DNA from: Heteronotia binoei
Taxonomy: Eukaryota
Length of the DNA stretch: 64,000 nt
Direction of reading: 5' to 3'
NCBI RefSeq assembly: GCF_032191835.1
Contig: NC_083240.1
Location: forward strand, 25,482,001-25,546,000
The position numbers and the translations under genes are program-made. Position 1 is the stretch's first letter. Each line of letters opens with the position of its first letter. The notes beneath the pieces were generated by a model, which saw nothing but the letters and a program-made list of their open reading frames with translations, was not told the origin of the DNA and did not search any database. Of this stretch, positions 55,253 through 64,000 are shown in pieces.

Positions 55253-58051
55253 ATTAGAGGACTTAATGGACTGTCAAATACTGTAGACATTGCATTCAAA
55301 TCAATGTGCATAAGATCAGCCTGAAATACTGGGACTGAGACGTAATTTACACCTACTCCTAGACACAGTATGGGGATGCCTGCTGCAGGCAAAATCAAGA
55401 TGACATGCAGCTTGATTCTAAGAATATTTACTCAGAAGGAAGACTGCCTTCCTTATCAGAAAGCGGGAGAAATGAAAAACCCTCCGTCTGAATGGGGCAG
55501 TACAGGTAGCACTAGGAAGATGGATTTCAATCCTGTTATCTTGGTTGGTATTATTGTTCTTGTAGGTATTGCCTTTGCACACGTGACCAAACCAATAGTG
55601 GATAGTACTGTCACTGTGGGGCTGCACTGAGTGCTGCCACTGTAAGTTGGCTGATCTGCAGGGTTGCCAGCTCTATGTTGGAAAATACCTGGAAAGTTTG
55701 GGGGCAGAGCCTGAAGAGCAGGGTACGAGGAGGGGAGGAAAGGAAAGGTCCCCTGTGCGAGCACCAGTCATTTCCGACACTGGGGTGACGAGGGAAGGGT
55801 ATAATACTGTAGAATCCACCTTCCAAAGCAGTCATTTCCTCCTCTCTGTCACCTGGATATCAGTTGTAATAGTGGGGGATCCAGCCACCACCTGGAGGTT
55901 GGCAACCCTGATTAGTCCCAACTTCAGCACTTGTAAATGCCAGTTGCTGGGGGAGAAGGTGGAGATAAACAGATGAGAGCTATTGCTTCCATGCCCTGCT
56001 TGTGGGTTTTCTTGAACTGAGTTGGCAACAGATTGCTGGATGAACCCACACTGATTAGCTACATCAAGCATTCTTATGAACTTAAAAGTATCCACAGTAA
56101 AAGCAATTCTGCCTATGAAAAGATTTGATTGAAGCAGATTCACCTGCCCTGGGGGTAGTAGGTAGAAGGCTTATAGGCTCTTAAGAGAAATTTTTTCATG
56201 CAAAGATGAAAGGGATTTCCAATACTTATTCAGAAATAACCCTTCAGAAGACTAGAGCACATGTGCTTTAGTGATGTCAGAGTGTTGCATTTCAACACAT
56301 ATTTTGATTTTTGTCATCTTGGCAATGCTTCCCTTTGGAAAGCTGGCTGGCAAATATCTAAACAACATGAATTTAAAGAAATATAAATGGATGCAGAAAC
56401 ACAAGAAGATGCTGGCCAGGTGCACTGTGTTTTGGTGTTATTGGGCAGACAGGCTTCTTTGTCCAAGAGAACTTGGGCATTTGTCTAAAGGACAAGGAGG
56501 ATTCAGAAGTGGAAATCCTGCAGTACAGCAGATCCAGATGGTGGTTTCTTCAGCTACAGAGCAACATTTTCAGCCATCGGTTGTTTCTGCAGCCTGCAAT
56601 AAACCAAAAAATACCTGGCATGATGGCAGGCCCACAGAGGATCTAGGCTGGCATTATGAATTCTCACTAATATCAACCCTCTGGGATTTAGGTGGACCCC
56701 CAGATTCAAAGCTCTTCTGCCTTGCAGGAGTCATGGCACATGCTGCTAAAGAGGAAGTTCTGTTTTCCCAATACTGAGCTAGATATAGACCGCCCACTGC
56801 GTTGTCCTACCTAGAGACATATGAACATATATGAAGCTGCCTTCTACTGGATCAGACCCTGGGTCCATCAAAGTCAGTATTGTCTTCTCAGACTGGCAGA
56901 GGCTCTCCAGGGTCTCAAGCTGAGGTTTTTCACACCTATTTGCCTGGACCCTTTTTTGGAGATGCCGGGATTGAACCTGGGACCTTCTGCTTACCAAGCA
57001 GATGCTCTACCGCTGAGCCACCATCCCTCCCATTACATTACTATATGCGCAGCCTGAGCGGCAGAGTTGACTGGGGTGTGATGGGTTCTACAATCATAGG
57101 GATGGACTTTGCCCATAGAGGTCCACTACTGCATGAGGGATACCTAATTGCTCTGGCAGTGGTACTAGATGTTTTTGACTAGAGCGGGGATGGGGTTATA
57201 CAGGAGTGGGTGAATGGAGAGGCAAACTGGGGCAGATAGAGACTGTAGCAACAGATTACTAAGAAATGTGTTATTGTGTATGAAGTGGAAGGGGGAGATA
57301 AGAGTGTAATCTTCAGCAGAGTTACACCCCCCTCTAAAGCCACAGAAGCCAATGGGTTTAGAAGGGCAGCACTCTTCATAGGCTGACACTTATAGCCATC
57401 CTGAATAGAGCATGGTGATGAGGGGGGTGGAAATATGTTTGTACTAACTTCATTTGCTGACAGGGAAAGCACTTTAATACATGAAATATGATCTGGGCAG
57501 TTATTTCCATGGATCTAATTAATGTGTGTGCGGGGACAGGGGGGGGGGAACAACTGAGGCAGGTGCATTTCGAGGGAAATGGTGGAACATCACTTGTGTG
57601 AGGGGGTATACGTCTATGCTGTTGCTGTGTGTTCCCTGGCAGTATGGGGAAGAGTCAATGGAAATTTAGTGGGGGGGGGTTGGGGGGGGGGAGGACCTGC
57701 ATCAGTACATAATGGTAGTAGTGGGCCCCTCTTTTCTTTTGAAAGAATAATTTTAAAAAACTTTAAAACACATAATGGTAATAGTGGGGTTATGAGATCG
57801 GTAGTGGAATGAGTGTGCTATGTGACCATTAAGCGATTGCATTCTTGGAGAGGGGGTGCACTGATCCAAAGTGCTTTGCATAACGGGACGGATGATCTGT
57901 TTCCTGGAAAACGGAAGGAAGGGAAAGAACAACTATTGCACCGCTATGCGCTTTGTAAATAAATAAAAGGTCAAGGTAGTCCTCTGTGCAAGCAGCAGAA
58001 ATAAATAACTGCCCGCAAAAGAGGACCCATCCTTGGAGCTCCTGATGAGCT

Positions 58052-58492
58052 TTATGACATGGAAGGGAGGTTATGCACCCTAAGAGGGCGCATGCCAACA
58101 AGAACCGGGGATGGGCAGGTGTCGTGCTGTAGGAATGCGCAAGGCAAGTGCACCTTCGCCTTGGCCGGCCCCCTGGCGCGGGTCCCGCCAGTCCTCTGCT
58201 GCCTTCGGCGACGCTTAGCCAGGGTGGCGCGGATTTTGCTGGAGATCTTGCGCTCGTGGCCGGCGGGGACGGGCCAGTTGGTGTTCTGCTCCCTCTCGCG
58301 GCGGCTGCGGCCCTTTCCGCCCGAGCCGAGGCCCCGGGGCCCGCCGCGAGACACCGCCTCTCGCAGCTCATCCACCTGCTCCGCTTCCGCCTCCACGTCG
58401 GAAACCAAGGAGGAAGCCGACTCCTCCGGGGCGACAGGCGGGGCCTTGGCAACTTTGGCCGCCCTCCTCGTCTGGCTCCGCCCGCGCCCCAT
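58052..58492 (-). CDS. NUPR2: Nuclear protein 2 / NUPR1-like (p8 family), single ORF of 146 aa
   Basis: GKGRSRREREQNTNWPVPAGHERKISSKIRATLAKRRRRQ matches the p8 core KGRT.RE....TN.P.P.GHERK; TNWP is NUPR2-type. Good Kozak context (AGCATGG), CpG-rich, and syntenic position after CHCHD2. The C-terminal ~40 aa are uncertain. Confidence 0.82.
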   Translation of the reverse strand: MGRGRSQTRRAAKVAKAPPVAPEESASSLVSDVEAEAEQVDELREAVSRGGPRGLGSGGKGRSRREREQNTNWPVPAGHERKISSKIRATLAKRRRRQQRTGGTRARGPAKAKVHLPCAFLQHDTCPSPVLVGMRPLRVHNLPSMS

Positions 58493-58654
58493 GCTAGCTC
58501 CTGGTCTCTGCCCGCCGCCGCGATCGGAGGCGCAGGGTCTCGCCTGGTGGTGGCGTCACAGAGCAGCACGTGGCCATTCCCCCAGGGTTGCCCTAGTAAC
58601 GGAGGCCTAGCGGTCGGGTTCGCAGAGTTACTCCTGCCTAGACCCTGGTGGGCA

Positions 58655-58895
58655 GCCAGCCGTGTTGATCTGAAGCAGCAGCAGAAAGTTAGAGCTCAGT
58701 GGCACCTTTAAGACCAACAGTTTTATTCAAGATAGGTCCGGGTGAATTGCTTTTCAACCCTGTCTATAAATTTGAATGGTTTTCTTCCGTTGCATTTTTT
58801 TCTGAGGAAGTGTGCTTGCGCAGGAAAGCACCTACCTTGAATAAAACTTTGTAGATCTTAAAGTTGCCAACGAACTCTAACGTTATTCTACAGGT
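58655..58895. mobile_element. Degenerate Penelope-like fold-back element
   Basis: Arms AGAGCTCAGTGGCACCTTTAAGACCAACA-GTTTTATTCAAG / CTTGAATAAAACTTTGTAGATCTTAAAGTTGCCA. Decayed hammerhead CTGAGGA...GAAAG at 58802-58828. Relatives at ~32490-32695, ~43561-43770, ~54500-54610 and ~63040-63225. Confidence 0.65.
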
Positions 58896-58977
58896 TTGTT
58901 AACGGTATGGGCGTTTATGTGCATGCACAGTTTCTCAGTGAAACAAGCTCCTAAAGAGAGGAATGTGTGTGTTTTAT

Positions 58978-59116
58978 CAGGGGTGGCCAACAGTAGCTCT
59001 CCAGATGTTTTTTTTTGCCTACAACTCCCATCAGCCCCAGCCATAGGCCATGCTGGCTGGGGCTAATGGGAGTTGTAGGCAAAAAACATCTGGAGAGCTA
59101 CCATTGGCCACCCCTG
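58978..59116. mobile_element. Palindromic hAT-like MITE
   Basis: CAGGGGTGGCCAACAGTAGCTCTCCAGATGTTTTT...AAAAACATCTGGAGAGCTACCATTGGCCACCCCTG fold-back. No clear TSD. Confidence 0.75.
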
Positions 59117-59179
59117 GTTGACTCTAATTGGCCCGTCCTGCCAACTTAACAACCTGCCACCCACTCTCTTCCTATATAG

Positions 59180-59490
59180 CATCATAGAGTTGGAAGGGGC
59201 CTCCAGGGTCATCTAGTCCAACCCCCTGCACAATGCAGGAAAGTCACAAATACCACCCCCTACATTCACAGGATCAGCATTGCTGTCAGATGGCCATCTA
59301 GCCTCTATTTAAAAACCTCCAAGGAAGGAGAGCCCACCACCTCCCAAGGAAGCCTGTTACACTGAGGAACTGCTCTGTCAGGAAGTTCTTCCTAATGTTG
59401 AGCCAGAAACTCTTCTGATTTAATTTCAACCTGTTCATTCTGGTCCTACCTTCTGGGGCAACAGAAAACAATTCTGCACTATCCTCCATT
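59180..59490 (-). mobile_element. CR1 LINE 3' fragment
   Basis: CATAGAGTTGGAAGGGGCCTCCAGGGTCATCTAGTCCAACCCCCTGC...GAAGTTCTTCCTAATGTT, a typical CR1 3' end in reverse orientation. Confidence 0.7.
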
Positions 59491-62400
59491 CAGGGGTGTC
59501 AAACTCATTTATTATGAGGACCGGATCTGACATAAATGAGACTTATTGGGCCCGTCATGTGTGTGCCTATTTAAGATGAGGTAGCAGAGATATAAACTTT
59601 ATAAAGGACACAGACAAACACAATTAATTAAAAAAAACCCTTAAAACATGTTTAAAACATTAGCACTCATTGGTCTTAAAGGGGCTTTCTTTGTTAAAGG
59701 GCCTAGGGTCTATACCTACACACACCTCAAGGATCGCATCTCCTAATACAGACCTGGTTGCGAACTGAACCCAACAGCTCTTTCTAGCTGTACCCTCTGC
59801 CCACTAGGGTGGCCAGCATCCAGGGGGCACCTGGATATCTCGTTATTACAACTGGTTGCCAGACAAGATCAGTTCTCTTGGAGAAAATGGCTGCTTCAGA
59901 GGAGAGTGGGCCCTATGGCATTACACCCAGCTGAGGTCCTTCCCCTCCCCAAACTCTACCTCCCCTGAGCTCTATCCCTAAAATCTCCAAGTATTTCCCA
60001 ATCCAGAGCTGGCAACCCTAATGCCTACCCAGTAAACTGATACCAACCAGAGCCCGTGCCTTCTGCACCAGCTTGTCTTCTAGACTAGAGAATGGAGGCC
60101 TGTCAGGCATTTTCCATACTAGTATTCAATAAAGCCTGTAAAACTTACTGGATCCAGAAGGCTTTCTGTGGACTATTATTGGCTGTGGCCATCTCAATAA
60201 ACCTGTAAACTATTTTTTTCTTCTCGTGTGTTGATAATCCTTGGATAAGGATTGTTGCTTTTAATAGTTTCATATTCTGTCCGTATTATTTTAATGTTTG
60301 ATTTTCATTTTGATGAACGTTTGCCTCCTAGAATGGAGAAAATGCAGAATGCAAATTCATAAATTAAACAAACAACAAACATGTTGCCGTGTGCCCCTGC
60401 TATTGCGTTGGGCCATGGGAAAAAGACAAACCCCATGAAGATCTCCAAGCGCTGCACAAAGCTCTATTGAAATGAGTGACAGCTGAACATGCACATGTGC
60501 AGCTCTTATTAAATTTCAAATAGGAGTACAGAGGAGATCTTCCTAGCTGATTATGCCCATAAACTCCAAACCCAGAGTGTACAAAAAAAATTTTTTCATG
60601 AATAATCCTCCATTGTACGATCCAGTGCTAGTAACACTACAAACCCTGAATCATTAAAATAGACTGTCAGGTTCTCTTCTCTGCTGGTCAACCCTTTCTG
60701 TACACCATCAGAGACCATTAGCAGATGGTGCAGTGAGTCCATAGAATATTCACCTCCATCCTTTCCCAAAAGCCTATGGAACAGCCAAGTTGTACAAGGA
60801 GGACATTCATAAGGCAAAGGATGCTGTCAGAGCCCTCTTTGTTCCAAGGAACAAAAGGCACACAGGAAGAACTGTTGATGTGAAAGAGCTCCAGCAAAGC
60901 CCAGATGGGGAGACAGGAACTAGAGACTCACTGTGAGGATCCAATTAGTTAGAAATTGATGTATTTGCTCTATCACTTGGGTTAAGTTCATAGAAAGGTC
61001 TGCTCATGTGCTGCAGCTTCAGACTTTCCTCAGCACAGGGCAAAGTTCTGACTGCCTTGCAGAGAGAAATATGGGGGTCTCACGGTTCTGTCTTTTCCAT
61101 TGTTGCCATGACCTTTTGCTTTTCCATGTAGCTGACATTATTTTCTACCTCTGCTATGACAAACTCAGGTTTCTAGCCAGTCCTTGTCAGGGGCTTGTTC
61201 TGGAGAATATTTATAAGAAAAAAGGAGAAAAGGCAGGAATGGGCTTGGTTTATGTGATCTAATTTTAGCCAGGAAGAAACAATGGCCAATGGACATGATG
61301 CAGAACAGATAAGGAAAAGAGAGAGCTTGGCTCAAGGGACAACTCAGGGAGAAATCGCCCAGGAACATCCAGCTCTGAAACTGTTGTTCTGAATAAAGTC
61401 CATCGGTTTATCAACTCTATACTGTCTACTCAACCTAGCAAGGTCTCAAGTGGAGAGCTCTTTCATATCACCTTCCATCTGATCCTTTTATCTGGAGATG
61501 CCAGAAATTATTCTATTATTTGATGATTTGTTTAAGCATTTCAATACACTCTGTTGCCTTGCTGTACAAAAAGACCACAAGCCATAGTGGGTTTAGGGGG
61601 AGAACAACTGAGATCCACAAACCCATGGTTTCTAGACTCATTGGGTTATTCAAAGTATGGATAAGCAGCATCAAACACTCTGTCTCTTTCTTGTACTTCC
61701 CTTGGCTTCTGAAACCAAATACTGCCACCTACAAGAATCCACAGATAGATGGGTGGGGCCCCAAAATTAATTGATCTCCAAATTGCAAAGATCAGTTCCC
61801 CTGGAGAAAATGGAAGCTTCAGAGAGTTAACTCTATGATGTACCATGGATAGATGAAATCAGTCTCTGAATGTCACCCCCCCCCCCCACACACACACAGA
61901 CACAGCCTCTGAATCTCCAGAAACTTCCTTGCCCAGAGTTGGCAACCCTAGAATTCCCAGTCGGCCATGGGTGAAACTCACTGTGTGGTCTTGATACAGT
62001 TCCACTCTCAGTATGCTTTATTTCATGGGAACGTTGAGAATAAAAATGGGAGAGAACCATAGCCAGGAACTCTTCGGAAGAAGCATGGGATCAATGTGAT
62101 ATAAACCCTAAGAGTACAGCATTCATATGAACCTTGAAGATGTAGTTGAAGTTACATGACAAAAACGTTTTTTTTGCCGTTAATACACAGCTGACTCCAT
62201 AGGGTTTTCAAAGCAAGAGGCATTCAGAGGTGGTTTGCCTTTGCCTGCCTCTGTGTAGCGACCCTGGCATTTTTGGTCATCTCCTACTCAAATATTGACC
62301 AGGGCCAACCCTCTTTAGTTTACAAGATCTAATGAGACTGGGCTAGCCTGGGCTATCCAGGTCAGGGCAAACTATCTCATACATATTTAAAATATATCAC

Positions 62401-63359
62401 ATTCCATTTTATAATTATACTATAAGCTACATTTCAGCGTGGTATGGTGAAGCAGTCAGAGAGTTGAATCTGGGAGATCTGGATTTAGCCCCCCAGTTCT
62501 GAACTTCACTGGATGCCCTTGGGCCAGTCACTTTCTTTCAGTCTACCTCACAGGGTTGTTGAACAAAGTTTGAGGCCAGTGGCACCTTTGAGACCAACCA
62601 AAGCTTTTGTATGCACACACATTTTTTCAGATGGAAGTTACCAGTCCATATATATATAGGAAGAGGGGTGAGCAGCAAATTAGCATAATAAAAGGTGTTT
62701 AACAGATGCAAGAACCAAACAGGAATAACAAGCTTCGTGTATACGGTTACCATTTGCTTGGATTTAATTCTGAGAGGAAATACAGTGAAGGAAATAAATA
62801 TGTCTAAATTGGAGACTGATGTATCCTTAATAGTGGAATGCTGAGAACAACTGAAAGCCTGCTATTATATTCCATCTGTCTCCTCTCAAGCATAGAGACA
62901 GCCTTATAGCATCATCATCATCTTTGAAAGGGGGACAACTGGTTATGTATCACCCTTGTCCCCAGGCCAGAGAAATACATTCCACCAAATTGCATAGTAG
63001 AAAAGTAGAATACATTGCATTCTACAATTCATTACAAACTTTGGGTCCAGTGTCACCTTGAAGACCAACAAAGTTTTTTTCAAGCTATAATCTTTCATGC
63101 GCATGCACACTTCTTCAGATACAGAAGAAATTTTATACCTTCAATAAAACTTTGTTAGTCTTAAAGGTGCCACTGGTCTAGAACTATTCTGCTGCTTCAA
63201 ACCAACACAGCTACCAACCTGAATCACAAGGTAGCTGTGAGGGTAAAATGAGGAATTACATACAGTCCCATGAGCCATAAAGAAAAAGAGTCATTCGAAT
63301 GATCCTCATGGAGTCTTTTTGTATTGTTGAAAATTATAGCGCCCTCTGACGTTCTAGGC

Positions 63360-63518
63360 CAGGGGAAGCCAAACTGTGGCTGGGGAGCCACATGTGGCTC
63401 TTTCACACATATTGTGCGGCTCTCGAAGCCTCCACCACCAAGTCAGCTGGCTTGGAGAAGGTGTTTATCTCTTTACATCACTTCCCGAAGCCAGGCCAGC
63501 CAGCAGCTTTCTTTCCAC

Positions 63519-63553
<35 letters not shown>

Positions 63554-63664
63554 CTTCCTTCCCTCCTTCTTATTTCAAACGTCTGACGCTCATGTCCTCC
63601 GGCTCTCAAACATCTGACGTTTATTCTATGTGGCTCTTGCATTAAGCAAGTTTGGCCACTCCTG
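63360..63664. mobile_element. hAT non-autonomous element
   Basis: CAGGGGAAGCCAAAC / GTTTGGCCACTCCTG ends. TSD TTCTAGGC/TTCTAGCC. Internal (CT)n(CA)n. Confidence 0.75.
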
Positions 63665-63669
63665 TTCTA

Positions 63670-64000
63670 GCCTGTGACGGCAGCAAGGATTCGAACCCGC
63701 GGCTTCCTCGAGTCACTGAATGACACAAAGGGGCACAAAAAGCCGCGCCCCTTTCTGACGCTATCCAATCCAAATACAGCCGCGCATTCCCTCCCGTTTC
63801 GTCAGTGCGGGTGGGCGGTGTTTCCACGTAAAACCCGCTTGTGCGCGCTCTGTGATTGGTCGCTCGCCCGGTTCTGTTCGCGGCCTGTAGCAGGGGAGCG
63901 CCACGTTCCCGGGCGAAGGCGAAAGAGGTGGTGGGCGTGGCTTCCCAAGCACCAGCCAATGGTCGCGGGGCGTGCGTGGCGCAGCGTTCCCACCTCGCGA
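63670..64000. promoter_or_regulatory. CpG-island promoter of the next gene (probably VKORC1L1, by synteny only)
   Basis: Dense CpG. CCAAT/ATTGG boxes at ~63765, ~63855 and ~63956. GC boxes GGGCGG at ~63813 and GGGCGTGGC at ~63933. No coding sequence falls inside the window. Confidence 0.7.

Noticed and set aside
56271-56777. 168-aa intergenic + ORF
   Set aside because: No homology recognised, atypical composition, no splice or promoter support.
56960-57027. tRNA-like sequence (also at ~20530, ~23970, ~26360)
   Set aside because: These are SINE heads with A/B boxes followed by a shared SINE body; no proper cloverleaf or terminator.
57530-57700. Poly-G tracts as a functional G-quadruplex
   Set aside because: Homopolymer runs of this kind are common here and error-prone; nothing ties them to a function.
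58059-58711. 183-aa and 187-aa + strand ORFs and the 246-aa minus ORF at 57829-58569
   Set aside because: Shadow frames of the GC-rich NUPR2 CpG island; only 58052-58492 (-) carries the p8 motif.

Overview
This is vertebrate genomic DNA from a squamate, most likely a gecko (inferred from Squam3-, Squam2-, Sauria- and 5S-Sauria-like SINEs and BovB). It carries the conserved synteny block CCT6A(+, exons 4-14) - SUMF2(+) - PHKG1(-) - CHCHD2(-) - NUPR2-like(-), then a CpG-island promoter at the right edge that is probably VKORC1L1 (synteny only). I hand-spliced all coding exons; all have GT-AG boundaries and read in frame. CCT6A introns host SNORA22 and SNORA15 homologues. Introns and spacers are dense with SINEs, CR1/L2/BovB fragments and hAT MITEs with 8-bp TSDs, and there is one 170-N gap. 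The most unusual signal is a set of fold-back (palindromic) Penelope-type insertions whose arms contain minimal hammerhead-ribozyme cores: one TSD-flanked copy in PHKG1 intron 3 and one in the PHKG1/SUMF2 convergent 3' region. There are also several TSD-flanked insertions of unknown origin. Family names and comparisons to human proteins or RNAs are from recalled sequences, not database searches. Repeat boundaries are approximate unless a TSD is given.
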